DNA of 64,000 nt from the NCBI GenBank assembly GCA_965153285.1, contig OZ229121.1, one strand, 5' to 3'. Within the stretch, counting starts at the first letter, position 1. Each line of letters opens with the position of its first letter. A program made the translations under genes and the position numbers. This DNA is from Podarcis tiliguerta (lineage: Eukaryota). The notes beneath the pieces were generated by a model. It saw only the letters and a program-made list of their open reading frames with translations. It ran no database searches and was not told the DNA's origin. Of the stretch, positions 49,495 through 61,952 are shown in pieces.

Positions 49495-49702
49495 AAATAA
49501 AATAAAATAAAAAATTTTCCAGCAGCACCTCAGAGACCAACTAAGTTTGTTCTGGGTATAAGCTTTCGTGTGCATGCACACTTCTTCAGATACCACGAAA
49601 GCTTATACCCAGAACAAACTTAGTTGGTCTCTAAGGTGCTACTGGACTATTTTTTTATTTATTTCGACTGTGTCAGACCAACACGGCTACCTACCTGAAT
49701 CT
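49495..49702. mobile_element. Penelope-like element remnant (inverted pseudo-LTR)
   Basis: About 50-bp inverted arms (49518-49570 versus 49594-49646) around a hammerhead motif; ends in ...AGACCAACACGGCTACC..., as recalled for reptile Penelope pLTRs. Confidence 0.75.
49555..49594 (-). ncRNA. Minimal type I hammerhead ribozyme (Penelope-type)
   Basis: Minus strand reads GGTAT-CTGAAGA-A-GTGTGC-AT-GCACAC-GAA-AGCT-T-ATACC: stem I GGUAU/AUACC, CUGAnGA and GAAA cores, stem II, and a short palindromic stem III (AGCU). Confidence 0.75.
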
Positions 49703-49807
49703 TTGTTTAAGACAGAACAATTCTATTGAAGACCTCATCTGCCAGACTCCCTTCTGAGCCGATTCTGCTTGTGTACAGAACTTAAGTGTCATAGGGGAGA
49801 CGTTATT

Positions 49808-50164
49808 AAGGTAAAGGTACCCCTGCCCGTACGGGCCAGTCTTGCCAGACTCTAGGGTTGTGCGCCCATCTCACTCAAGAGGCCGGGGGCCAGCGCTGTC
49901 CGGAGACACTTCCGGGTCACGTGGCCAGCGTGACATCGCTGCTCTGGCGAGCCAGAGCCGCACATGGAAACGCCGTTTACCTTCCCGCTAGTAAGCGGTA
50001 CCTATTTATCTACTTGCACCCGGGAGTGCTTTCGAACTGCTAGGTTGGCAGGCGCTGGGACCGAGCAACGGGAGCGCACCCTGCTGCGGGGATTCGAACC
50101 GCCGACCTTTTGATCGGGAAGCCCTAGGCGCTGAGGCTTTAACCCACAGCGCCACCTGCATCCC
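49808..50164 (-). mobile_element. Sauria SINE (different subfamily)
   Basis: Same architecture with a divergent 3' half; flanked by TTATTA. Confidence 0.88.
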
Positions 50165-50399
50165 TTATTACTACGTGATTAATAAGAGACCACCAGGAAT
50201 TAGCTTTGAAAAGAGAAAACACAGGAAAACAGCACTGCTGGTCAAAACACCTCAAGCATTTCATACTCCTGTCACTTTTCAGACCCTTTTTTTTCTCCTG
50301 CTTTGGAGGGTAGGACTTAAACCAATGGCTCCAAGTTATAAGAAAAGAGATGCCAACTAAACAGGAAGAACTTTCTGACAGTAAGAGCGGACTCCCTCA

Positions 50400-51030
50400 T
50401 TATTGAGGGGAAGTGTGTGGAACAGGTCTTGGTGTTTCGATTTCTGGGAATGGAGTTGAGAAAACAGCAAAGACCTGATGAAGAGAGCACAGCAGAGGTT
50501 ATATTTTCTGAGAATCCTCCGGAAAAATAAGCTCTCAAAGGACCTGTTGAAGGCATTTTACCATTGTACTGTTGAGAGGGTATTAACTTATGGTCTCTGT
50601 GTGTGGTTTGGGTCAGGGAAAAAACAATGCTGTCCAGGGCTGTAAAGACTGCAGAGAATAATTGGGTGCACTCTTCCCACCTTGGATCAAATCTACGCTT
50701 CCAGGTGCCATAAGAAAGCTGCAGAGATAGCGCAGGATAGTGCGCACCCCGGAAATGATCTTTCAGCTTCTGCCTTCTGGAAGAAGGTCCAGGGTTATAA
50801 AGACTAGGACTAGCCGCCTGAGAAACAGTTTCTATCCAAATGCGAATTTTGGTTTTATACGCAGTGTAAGGTAGTCTCTATGGAAGTATATTATATTTAA
50901 TTATGGGGTATCAGAGTTTTTAGGGGGCTAACCAGGCTGGGATAGCAGGCTTGTGGGTTTTTGAATGTCCGATGTAGATTTTTCAATGTTGTTGTTCTGT
51001 ATGGGACAATGACAATAAAGGTTATCGTAT
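50400..51030 (+). mobile_element. Rex1/Babar-clade LINE 3' fragment
   Basis: AQQRLYFLRIL...FYHCTVE...LLPSGRR...TRTSRLRNSFYP motifs and an AATAAA end; lies between pieces of a CR1-like tail. Confidence 0.75.
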
Positions 51031-51602
51031 AATGGACTCCTTCCTTGGAGGTTTTTAAACAGAGGTTCTATGGTTCATGCTCCTTCATAGGCTGCAATCC
51101 TATACACATCTGCGAAGCCCTTTGAAGTTGGTAGATTGTCCTTCATTCGAGGCTTTGAAACAGAGGCTGGATGGCAATCGGTCAGGGATTCTTTAGCTGC
51201 AATTCTTGGATTGCAGGGGGTTGGACTAGACGGCCCTTTTGGGGGGGGATCCCTTCCAACTCTTTATCATTCTGTTACTTCAGAGTCAACATGTATAGGA
51301 TTGCCTTGCCAGTCAACCAGCATAATCCAGATCAGTCAAGCCACATTGGGTGCCCTGCTAGGGCCAATGTCATAAAACGTTTCTCTGGTAGTGAAGATAA
51401 TAGAATTGCAGGGAAAGCACTGTAAATTTCTACTGAGCTACAGCTGCACCTGTTTAATAAGCCACACTGTATATATGCAAGCAGAGTAAAACATTTGGGT
51501 AGTTCTTCTAAGTATTCATGCCATGGTTGTTGTCCTTCTGATGATTTTTGGAGTCTCTTTTTACTTGGATGTTGAAATTTTAATGCAGCCTTTCTCAAGG
51601 TT

Positions 51603-52153
51603 CATAGAATCATAGAATCATAGAGTTGGAAGAGACCACAAGGGCCATCGAGTCCAACCCCCTGCCAAGCAGGAAACACCAGCAGAGCACTCCTGACATA
51701 TGGTTGTCAAGCCTCTGCTTAAAGACCTCCAAAGAAGGAGACTCCACCACACTCCTTGGCAGCAAATTCCACTGTCAAACAGCTCTTACTGTCAGGAAGT
51801 TCTTCCTAATGTTTAGGTGTTTAGGTGGAATCTTCTTTCTTGTAGTTTGGATCCACTGCTCCGTGTCCGCTTCTCTGGAGCAGCAGAAAACAACCTTTCT
51901 CCCTCCTCTATGTAACATCCTTTTATATGTTTGAGCATGGCTATCATATCACCCCTTAACCTCCTCTTCTCCAGGCTAAACATGCCCAGCTCCCTTAGCC
52001 GTTCCTCATAAGGCATCGTTTCCAGGCCTTGGACCATTTTGGTTGCCCTCCTCTGGACACGTTCCAGTTTGTCAGTGTCCTTCTTGAACTGTGGTGCCCA
52101 GAACTGGACACAGTACTCCAGGTGAGGTCTGACCAGAGCAGAATACAGTGGCA
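51603..52153 (-). mobile_element. CR1 LINE 3' end (relatively young)
   Basis: [39 protein letters not shown]...[12 protein letters not shown]; (ATTCTATG)n tail. Confidence 0.93.
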
Positions 52154-52740
52154 CAGTCCCCAGATGTTGTTCGACTACAATTCCCATCATCCCTAGCTTG
52201 CAGAACCCATTCGTCAGCGATTATGGGAGCTGTAGACCAACATCACCAGGACAGTTAGCAATTAAGGATAACTTCCAAGTTCTTGCAGTTGCCTCCGCAC
52301 CACGGACTAACCTGGGCGTGCTAAGAAGGCAGGGCTGAAACAAGAAATGTGGGCTGATGAGCAGGAAACAGCAGCCATTCCATCAGGGTGTAAGAGAGAA
52401 AAAGATGGCGCTGCAGGGCTTCTTCCAGTGAAAAACATGCAGCTTTGGGCTCAGCCTCTAGCATTTCCATTCCAGCTGGTCATTGCAAGAACTCTGGAAG
52501 GGTGTCTTGAGTTCACTTCTGCTTCCAGCCAGAGGCACTAATGTTTTCAAATCCCGGTTGCTGGAAACCAGAGTGTGTTCTCACGCTCAAGTCCTTCTTG
52601 CGAGTTTCCCACAAGCTTCTGTTTAGCCACTGTGAGAACAGGAAGCTGCACAAGAGAGCCACTGACCAGATCCAGCAGGTTTTTACATCCCACTCCCTGG
52701 GTGAAGGAAATCTCTGGTATTTGCAAACTGATTTGGGGGC

Positions 52741-53195
52741 TGTCACAGTCCGGTACATGGGCGATCGAAGTCCCAGCTAGGGACGTAGGGACGGGGAGCA
52801 AGATGGCGGGGTGGGAGCAGGAACGGGAGTCCAGAAGCCTGGAGTCAGAAAGCCAAGAGTCCGAGGGTCAGAGAGCCGGGAGTCAAGAAGCCAAGGGTCC
52901 GAGGGTCAGGAAGCAAGGAGTCTCGAAGGCAAGGGTCCGAGAATCAAGGAGCAGGAAGTCACGAAGTCAGGGGTCTGAGGATCAGGAAGCAAGAAGCCAA
53001 ACGCAGCAAGGCAGGAAGCGTGTTGCTGTGGCAAAGAGCCGAAGGGAAATGCTGACTTTATATCCCTTCCCGGCTCTTGCCACCAGGTGCTGTGAGTTAC
53101 CAAGCGGCCTCACCTGTGTGGCCAAACTTAGGAAGGCCCCAGTGATGCAAAGTCCCATTGGTCACAGGGCCTGGCTCCTGCACGCACACCCGACA
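52741..53195 (-). mobile_element. Solo LTR (probably Gypsy-type)
   Basis: TGTC...GACA termini; 5-bp TSD GGGGC at 52736-52740 and 53196-53200; minus-strand TATAAA; internal degenerate repeats. Confidence 0.8.
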
Positions 53196-55068
53196 GGGGC
53201 TTTCTTTTGGCTGCAGAGCAGGGTGAAATGCTTGTAATATGCAAGAGTGGCTAGGAAGATTAAAAATGCAGCAGAGCTGGGTAAGACAGGCTCTGTTCAA
53301 GGCTGCCTTTGGAAAGTGCTCAGAAACTTCCAACTGGCTCAAAGAGCTGCAGCCAGACTCTGGAATGGGGCTGGTTTTAGGGAGCAGACTGGCTAGCAGT
53401 CTGTTTCAGAGCACAGCTCACAGTGCTGGTTATAACCGATAAAACCCTACATGGCTTAGGCCCAGGCTATGTCAAAGACCGTATTCTCCCATACAAACCT
53501 GCCCCGGGCCCTGAGATCTTCTCTCAGTCCAACCACCATCACAAGCAGGTGTCATGGGAAGAGGGCCTGGAAGTCCCTTCCTAGAGAAGTTAGACCGGCA
53601 TACAAAGACCTTTTCATTCCAACAGGCCTTTAGGAACTGGCTGTTTTACAGGAAAAGGACTAGTGCTGTGCACTTTTTATTGTTAGTATCTGTATTTTTA
53701 ATATAATTTATATACATGTCACTTTAATTCTATTCGTCTTTAATTACTCTTTATTTCATAAAATTATGTCTTGCCTCTAGAAAGAAATCCTCAAAGCGGT
53801 TTTAAAAAAAGATAATAAAAATCAGTTAAAAATTGTAATACTTTAAAACATACAAAAGTTAAAAGATTAAAATTCACCTTAACCTTCTATTGATAATTTT
53901 CTGTTTTTAGCTTTTCTAGTTTATCTGTGTTTTTATATTTTTCTCTGCAAGCCGCCTTGAGTCCTTAGGTCTTGGGAGGGGGGGAGAAGACTATAAATAA
54001 ATGTAATAATAATAATGCCTGTATCATCTGTGTCCTTTCCACACCAATGTGTGTGTCTCACCTGGTATGAGGAGTTTTAAAATATTTACTTCTGTGAAAT
54101 GGCGTTTACATGGGGGGTGTTCCACACCTGCTTTTTCCAGTAAATTATGCAACTCCACGGCTACAACAAGAGAAAGTTCTACCTGCTAGGCTACCTTTTC
54201 TTTGTTATTCTCATTGTTTGCTTTTCACAAGACCTGGAGAGGTTCTCACCAGAACTCTTGAAACCCTTTGCATGAAACATTTATGCTCGTTGACTTTTCT
54301 CAGCTGTGCTCAACCCAAGGCAAGATGACCCGAAAAACAAATGCGAGTTTATGCAAAGGAAAAAGACTTTGCTACTGTGTTTGTAAGAGCCACTAGCTTT
54401 ATTTTTTTCTCCTGATTTCACAGGATTTTTGCACAACATGCTGTGAAGTCATTCCTGGCACATAAGCCTTTCATGACTCAAGTTATAAACAGAGTTCAAA
54501 TATGAAAATGCCAAAATGACAGAAGGGAGTCTACATACAGAACGACACAAAGTGTGTGCCTACTAGACAGTGCTGGCGCTAGCTTCGCTAGATCCAAACT
54601 TTGGAGGGGGTGCAAGTATGATTGGGTGGATTTGGGTGTTGTAAAAAAAAACCCTTAGAGAAGTGAGACATTACCAAACTCCTTGAAGTTGAAGTTGCTC
54701 TAACTTTGACAACCGCCCTGCACTGTCTCCTTGAACGTTGCCTCCAATAGGCAAACCTTTCAGTAGCAAGTTCACTAAGCTCATCCTGATGAAGCGTCAC
54801 AAGTGAAACGCCATGGAATTCAAGAAAACGGATTGTAGGTTATTGAGTAGAATGGAAATCCCTTTCTGCTGGAGGCGAAACTGAATCCTCGCCAGCTTTG
54901 TTTAAAGACACACACCTATTCCATCAGAGAACGGATTTCAAAAGGTAAATCAAACTACCTGGGTGATTAAAATATTATGAAGTTCAATCCCATTTTTTAA
55001 CGACCAGATCCTTAATCAGGAGGACAACAACAACAAAACGACCACCCAAAACATCCAACCTGTCACGT

Positions 55069-55074
55069 TTTATT
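55069..55074 (-). terminator. Candidate polyadenylation signal of the KANSL1-family gene
   Basis: AATAAA on the minus strand, followed by a GT-rich downstream element (GGATGTTTTGGGTGGTCGTTTTGTTGTTG), about 0.9 kb after the stop. Confidence 0.5.
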
Positions 55075-55959
55075 TCATGTGCTGGGAGATAAATTAGAAC
55101 ATCCCATACAATGAACAAGATTTACAGTTTCTCTGAAGGAAATGTAAAAAAACAAACAAGCTTTATCATGATTTATTGTTTATTATTAGCAACAATAGCA
55201 TTTCTGCAAGGCCAAGAAAACATGATTTGCATGTTAAGAGAATCAGTGATTTCAGAACTACATTTAAAAATTAAAAACCATTATGAAAAATTTGTAGGGG
55301 AAGCATCTGTCCTCCCCTACAGGCATTTATTCAGCGCTCACGCACACACACACACCAACTACCCCTTGGTTATATCCCTTGCTGCCATCTGCGGCACCGG
55401 GACAAAGCCTGTGATCTGTGCGAGTGAGTTTCCACAATCGATACTTAACTCCTGCCCCCAAAAGTGGCATAAAAACCTCATGAGGACTACATGTTCAACT
55501 GACTGGCACCCTTTCAAAGAAGTGTTGCCTGAGTAACAGACATCCAAATTGAAACAGCTCAGCCTCCCCCTTCTTTTGCTGCGTCTTCCATCCTCTTTGC
55601 TGCTCCCTTTTTGGGTTACACCTTGGGCTGCTGCACTTGTGGCACCAGCACCTAACCTTGCCAGCGAGGCGCAAGAGTTCTTCTGCCCAGAAACAACCTG
55701 CAACTGGGCTTTCCTGGATGCCTCCCCCCCTCTTGCCACACTAGGGAGGCCCAGCACCTTGCCTCTGCTGCTGCCTGTCCAACCCTTACTGATCTAGGGC
55801 AGCAGGAGCTCCAAGTTCACAGCTGGACCTCTGCTCCAGGCACAGCAGTGCTCTCTGCCGCCACTGCCTTGCTAGGCCAACTCGTCAGCCAAGCTCTGTG
55901 ATACCAATCTATAGAGTATGGGTGCAACTCTTCCACGGGTTATCATGGGGCCCCAACGC

Positions 55960-56241
55960 TCATCTGTTGTTGATGAGCACTGGCGGGACGCAGGGCTGGC
56001 CTGCAAACTCGTCTTGCTGCTTGCTGACGCCTGGTTGCACCTGCCAACCGGATACAAATGGCTCCCTAGGATTAGAAGCGCTGGAATTTATATTGTTAGT
56101 CCTCAAGCCCTGATTGCTCCTAGAGTTCCACTGCTGAATGGTACTTGTCTGCTTGCCAGGAGCTTCGCACGGTGGGTCCTGAAGCGCCTTATACTCTGTG
56201 TCGGAAAGGGGGAATGTGCGGGGCTCCCACGGCTGGACGTT
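55960..56241 (-). CDS. KANSL1-family terminal coding exon, TGA at 55962-55960
   Basis: NVQPWEPRTFPLSDTEY...PPVLINNR*, matching KANSL1 VQPWERRTFPL; strong polypyrimidine tract plus TAG acceptor. Confidence 0.88.
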   Translation of the reverse strand, partial: NVQPWEPRTFPLSDTEYKALQDPPCEAPGKQTSTIQQWNSRSNQGLRTNNINSSASNPREPFVSGWQVQPGVSKQQDEFAGQPCVPPVLINNR

Positions 56242-57201
56242 CTACGACAGAGAGAAAGAGCAGCAGCGTTAACGGAACGGAATATATTATTGTCATTTGA
56301 GGAGTAGGCGCGAGAAAGAGAGAGATTATGCATGCTTCCATCTTGCATGGATGAGATTAAAAAACAGGAGAAGCTTTTCTCTTGAAGGAACAACAAAATC
56401 AACAGTAATCATCCTCTCAACCCTTATTCATAGGTCTAGTTTATATATGCCACTTTCTTTATCTTGATAAATATGATGCCTTCCATAGAATGAGAAGCTG
56501 TTTTAAGTCACTGGCAACAGGATGTCAAGGTGCTCAGCTCACATATCATGCTAAGCACAATTAAAAGGCCACACCATAGAATAAGCATTTAAGCAAACCG
56601 TGCTTTAGAGATCCACGTCAGCTTTTATTCTTCATCTGCTTAGCATTCAGCTTCATTGGCTTCCTCCTATTTCACTGGGGCACAGATAGACACACTAGGT
56701 GCCTCAACTGTCTTAGCTGTGCCTCTTTAACTGCGGTAAGATCAAAGACAACGTAGTTTGCAAACTAGTTTCAATACTCTTGTTTGGCTGCCTTTACAAA
56801 CCATGGTTTATGAACCAATATAGGTTCAGAGGTAAAAACTATGGCTTGGCATAACAACCCAACTATTGTGACACCTTTTTGGAAGTAAGGTTACAAGGTT
56901 TAACTTCTGTTTCCCACCCACCCACAGCACACAAATGCAAACAATCCACTGCAATGATACATTCAAAGTCCAAATCTAGAAGGTTTATTTGCATCCCCTT
57001 CAGCCCCAGAAATGCTTGTGAGCAATTCATCGATTGTATTCTCTTGTCTTTCATGGCAAATCCAAGATGGTGACATCATTTTATACTCTGAATGAGAGAC
57101 CATGGTGGGCAATGAAGATGACGGAAAAGCTTCGAATATGTATGGTTTGCCAAGTAAACAGGCTGTATACAAGCTCTCCAAGTAGAAACACAGGTCCTCA
57201 C

Positions 57202-57427
57202 CTGAATATCTTCGTCCATTTCTGAGAAGGAGAAACTTGTGTCTTCACTAAAGGACAGACTGTTTCTGCCCCTGCCCTTTATGAGAAGGGGCTGCAGAAC
57301 ATTGGAAAGTTCTGGGCTGAGAGACCCCATGGGAGAATTTGCATACTGGAGATGGTTAAGATTATGTGACGTGGCATCTGGAGAGCCCGGCTGAGGAATC
57401 CATCGGCCATCTGCTCTGTTAGAGCTC
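57202..57427 (-). CDS. KANSL1-family penultimate exon
   Basis: SSNRADGRWIPQPGSPDATSHNL...LSPEL...SEDTSFSFSEMDEDIQ, collinear with KANSL1 SDGR/SPD/SPEL/SEDT/DE motifs; TAG acceptor, GTGAGG donor; 226 nt. Confidence 0.88.
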
Positions 57428-58410
57428 CTAAAAGAAAAACACGCCACAAAAAAAACAATCACGCTGCCAATGTGAAGCCACACTGTGTTGACAACTGTTA
57501 CATGTGAGAACTGCAAAACTCAAGGAAGTGCAAGCTTAGAAGCAGAGAGAGCTATAGCCAAGGTATCATGCAGAATTTCAAAATGAACTCTTCACCCATA
57601 CTGCACACTCTTTAAAAACAACAGGAGTGGGCGGGGTGGGGGAAGAGAGTCTACTTGACTTTTCACTGCCATATTTACAGCCAGCACTCTCACTCTGGCA
57701 ATAATTCTACTCATGGATTTGACAATGAGGCTAAACTACTGGAGAGATTCTGCCTGGTTTAAGTAAGGGAATGTGGCTTAATACAGAGATCTTAGCTGCC
57801 ACATATTGCAATAATTCTAGTCCTCAGTGTTTGCAGCAGCACAGGATACTAAGGCTCTGAAATTAAAACGAGATCCAATGGCAAGTCTTCCTACAGACAG
57901 AGGTAGGTGTGTGTCTGTGTGTGTGTGTGTGATTTCATTCATCCTGTTATGCTGTTAAGATGCTTCCAAATCTTCATGGAAGCCAATTCTCTTCCTACCT
58001 GCTCTTACTCCATTAATTTCTGAAAACACAGAGGCTCAAAATATGATAAATCTCTATTATAAGGGAAATTCCACAGCGCTTCCAAGCCCGCTTGCATACT
58101 TTTGGAGCACCCTTAACAAAAGCTTATTCATTCATTATTTCAAACCTGTCAACAGTTAGGAGGGATATGTGTGTGGGGGGGTGTGAACTGACCCAAAGCT
58201 ATCAAATTATTTCCTAGCTAAGGAGAAACTTAAATCTTGTCTACTAAGGCTCAGTGCAAAACTGCTAATCCACCCAACCAAAGTTCACTTTCCTCACTCT
58301 TCATTAATGCTTTGCTCACAAGTTATGCAGGAAACAAAAGTTTTGAATATAATCTGACTTGGGAAGAGAACTACTCCACAACACACAGCCAACAGCAAAT
58401 GTTAGGATAC

Positions 58411-58523
58411 CTGTTCCCTCGCCTGTGGGAAATGGTTCCTGCCCAGGAATCCCAGCGGGCCCTTTCCAGCTCTTCATATTTTTGGTGATGGTTCAGATAT
58501 GTCTCATCAGAAATATCTTCCAG
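58411..58523 (-). CDS. KANSL1-family exon (PEHE core)
   Basis: LEDISDETYLNHHQKYEELERARWDSWAGTISHRRGN(R), carrying the PEHE pattern E-D-x-S-D...H-x-K-x-E-x-x-E-R-A-R-W; AG/GT boundaries; 113 nt. Confidence 0.93.
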
Positions 58524-59160
58524 CTAGGACAAAATAAAGTTATTTTTGACACATTCAAGAGAGTCAATAGATACTGTCCGTCCACCCACCCACCCAAGGA
58601 TACACAGGAAAAATAACCACATAATCTGTACAGGCCCAGCAGTGCAAGAGTTTAATAAAAGTACAGTTTCCCCCTTTCCACAGTTGCTAGAACATCACAG
58701 GTGTACACAAGTAGATAGGACTGTTTTGGTAAACGTGGCTACCAAATAAAGTACAATAATTTTGTCCAAAAACAGAACCAATTCTGCACCTTAATAACTA
58801 AATTTATGGAATATGTGTATACAACTTTTTGGATATACAAGAATGGAGGTTTTCTCACACAAAATAGGTTTTACGCTCCTCCATGGCAGTGTTATTCAGT
58901 CTTGCAGTCTTGAATGAGAACAAACCAAAAGGAATATGTGTTTGCTTTGATGACTGATTGGTTCAAGACGCAAAATGAATGTACTGACTGCTGGCAGGAT
59001 AAGCAAGGTAAGAATGGCAGTCTGTCACTCAAGGGAGTCAATTCTATGTAAAGTGAAGCTCTACACAGTAAATACAAGGCAAGAGAAGCCCTGGTCCGTG
59101 CAAGCCTAGTTAGACAGATGCACTGCTTGAGGCATAATGACCAGATCTGTTCCTCCTCAC

Positions 59161-59215
59161 CTCTGAATCTACTTCTCCTGAGGTCTTGAGCTCTTTGAGA
59201 TCCACCATTCTCCAG
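59161..59215 (-). CDS. KANSL1-family exon (PEHE)
   Basis: (S)WRMVDLKELKTSGEVDSE; CAG acceptor, GTGAGG donor; 55 nt; in phase with neighbours. Confidence 0.9.
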
Positions 59216-59649
59216 CTGCAGGAAGAAAATGGCAGTAATTAGGGTAATTTCTGCACATATTGCAAACAACTGCATCAACCAAAAGTGTACTCCAGGGCTT
59301 GGCTTGCTATGGTGCTGCTGCTTCCTCACCAGTAGACACTGAGGCAATGCCACATTCTGAAGTCAAATACCTTCTCCAAAAAATCGCCAAAGGAGGCGTC
59401 AAAACAGGCTATGCCTAGTTAGCTCTGGTGCTCACTTGTGCGAGTCCTAAAAACCATGCAGGTTTCACCTTCCTCATAAGCAAGTGGACCTGCTAAATAT
59501 CTACTGCTGAAATAGGGCGGGGGATGACGACAAGGTGGGATGCACAGAAGCAGAGTAAATGCTATCCTCCAGCACCAGGAAATAAACCCATTCCTTATTC
59601 ATGGCTACCGGGCTTCTTCAATTCCACTCTTAAAACATACATTGATGTA

Positions 59650-59839
59650 CAGTGGAACCTTGGTTCTCAAACTTCATCCGTTCTGGGAGTCTGTTCAACT
59701 CCTGAAACCGTTTGAAAACCAAGGTGCGGCTTCCAATTGGCTGCAGGAGCTTCCTGCACTCAAGTGGACTTCTGGGTTTTTGGAGTTCAGGAGCCAAAGC
59801 GTAAGAGTACCAAGGCGTTCAAGAATCAAGGTACGGCTG
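59650..59839. mobile_element. Tigger/pogo-like MITE remnant
   Basis: CAGTGGAACCTTGGTTCT...AGAATCAAGGTACGGCTG with TA flanks. Confidence 0.7.
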
Positions 59840-60632
59840 TACAGTACAGAACTCAATCACCCTCAACCTTACCACTGCTCTTGACTGTGTAGCACGAATG
59901 GATTTATTGGGGGGGGGGTCATATAATTATTGGGGAAACTGCCTTGTGTGCTATATGGCAGAAAAAGGTCGTGTGTGCGCGCGCACTTGTGTGTGTGTTT
60001 AAAAGCAAGTTTCTAACCCTCCATCCTGTGGAAGCAAACATACATCGCTTGCACCCAATATTCCTCAAGAGCCCTGAGGGTTAGGAAACTGCTCCACCGC
60101 AGCAAAGTAACTTTAAAAGGAAACAAGAGTTGGCAGTGAATGAAGATGTGCTTTAGGGTCAGGTACAAGTAACCTGTGAAGCTCTAGATGGATGTTTCTG
60201 GACTCCAATTCCCATCATCCCTGCCAACTGGCTACACTGGCTGCAGATAATGGGAGTCAGGATTCCAGGGGACCCTGCTGTAATACACAATTCAGCCACT
60301 GAGTCTTTGGCCAGTTCATGGTATTTTAAGTTCCTCCACACCAGGAAATACAGCTAATGCTACACCAGGAGGTACAGTTAGGAAACTGCCACCGTGCCTC
60401 AAGGCACTTTAGAAAGGAGTGTGTTGATGTGACAACTTCAAGAGGAGTTGTTGTTGTTAACTCAGCCCTGTCCTTGACTAGCAAAACGCAATTTGGCATG
60501 GCGTGCTGTATGTTTACTATTACAAAAGGACAACTGGATTTCTTGCAAAAATTATGAAAAACAACGCTCTTATGTCTAAATCAACATGCTCCAGCTGCTG
60601 TTTAAATCTGAAGAGCCTCCAGGTGAACCCAC

Positions 60633-60754
60633 CTTGGTGTCAAAATCTCTTTATACTGTAGCTTCTCCACCCGTGTAGCTGCAGCCATTGACATGGGGAT
60701 CACTATATTGTTGATGTCATAGGAACATTCCACCTTTTTCTTCTTGGCAGGCTG
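60633..60754 (-). CDS. KANSL1-family (KAT8 regulatory NSL complex subunit 1-like) exon, start of PEHE region
   Basis: [40 protein letters not shown](S), the signature KANSL1/KANSL1L/NSL1 motif; NAGNAG acceptor; AG/GTGGGT donor. Confidence 0.93.
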
Positions 60755-61123
60755 CTGAAACCAAACAAGGATCATCAGAAAAGAATACAAAAACATAGTA
60801 CTGTCATTCGCATTTCCTCCCAACACATCAAGTAGGTCAGCACTGATATGCCTACAACAGCACCTCCTATTATGGGCCCAATGCTCCATGCAGAATCAAT
60901 CTTGCCTGAATAAAAGGACTCTTAGGTGTGCCACATTTTTGCATTGATTTGCTGCAACTGCTCTGTGCAGCAGTTGTTCTTAGCTGCCTTGAGCATGCCA
61001 ATGGAAAGAGCTTAAAAAATGGACGCATCTTAAAACATGAATAATGAGCAGGCAACTAACATTGAATGTGCTACAGAGCACAGAATGGGATGGAGAAAGT
61101 ATCTTGACAGGGTGGGGCTAGGG

Positions 61124-61262
61124 CAGGCTTCTTCAACCTCGGCCCTCCAGTTGTTTTTTTTGGCCTACAACTCCCATGATCCCTAGCTAGCAGGACCAGT
61201 GGTCAGGGATGATGGGAATTGTAGTCTCAAAACATCTGGAGGGCCGAGGTTGAGGAAGCCTG
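61124..61262. mobile_element. Palindromic hAT MITE
   Basis: CAGGCTTCTTCAACCTCGGCCCTCCAG...CTGGAGGGCCGAGGTTGAGGAAGCCTG; 8-bp TSD GGCTAGGG; degraded relatives near 14205, 28250, 36185, 52160 and 60180. Confidence 0.85.
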
Positions 61263-61952
61263 GGCTAGGGGATGAAGTTTTCCAGGCAAAACTCCAAAGG
61301 CATTTCGGCCACCATGGAATGAAACGCTATTAGCCTGAGATATGGTTACTGAGGTCCTTCCAATAGGGCAAGAGGTAACCATATAATCACACTCAGGCAG
61401 TTTATTGATAAACACGGAAGCCATCTGAAATACAGCTTAAGGCTTTTTAAAATACAAAGAGAGCAAACAACCTCAGGATGAAAAAGGGTGAAGTAATATA
61501 TAGGAAAACACCCAAGACAAGAAGCTGAAGGACACAGGAATGTTCCGCCCAAAGCAAAAATGAAAAGGGGATAAGTGGATAGTCTTCTGCCTCTATTTCC
61601 ACGGTACATTTTATTCAACCTTCAAGGCTTCCTTTTTCTTTTGAAAAACCCCAGCAATGGTTTTTGGTTTTTTTTAGTGTAGTAGTCTGCATATCTAACC
61701 AATAATATTCCTAAAAGAAAACAAAAAAAGCCACCAGGAGATATGCTTGAAACAGCATAGCAAATGAGTTAGGAGACAATTCAAGGTTAAGAGAACAGCG
61801 CATCCTTTAAAAAACGTTTTGCACTCCCAAACACGCCTCGCTCAGGGGAAAGATGAAAGAGGCTTAAGTTTAAAGGGAAGTCCCCCAGCAACACTAATTC
61901 TGTATTTCCTCTTTGCGGTTCTGTTTGCCAGAGGAACTATGTTCCAACTCAC

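Noticed and set aside
52575-53237. 220-aa plus-strand ORF
   Set aside because: Mostly the purine-rich repeats of a solo LTR read antisense.
54786-54816. CTGATGA...GAAA hammerhead-like core
   Set aside because: Stem II is very weak, and there is no convincing stem III/UH site or stem I.
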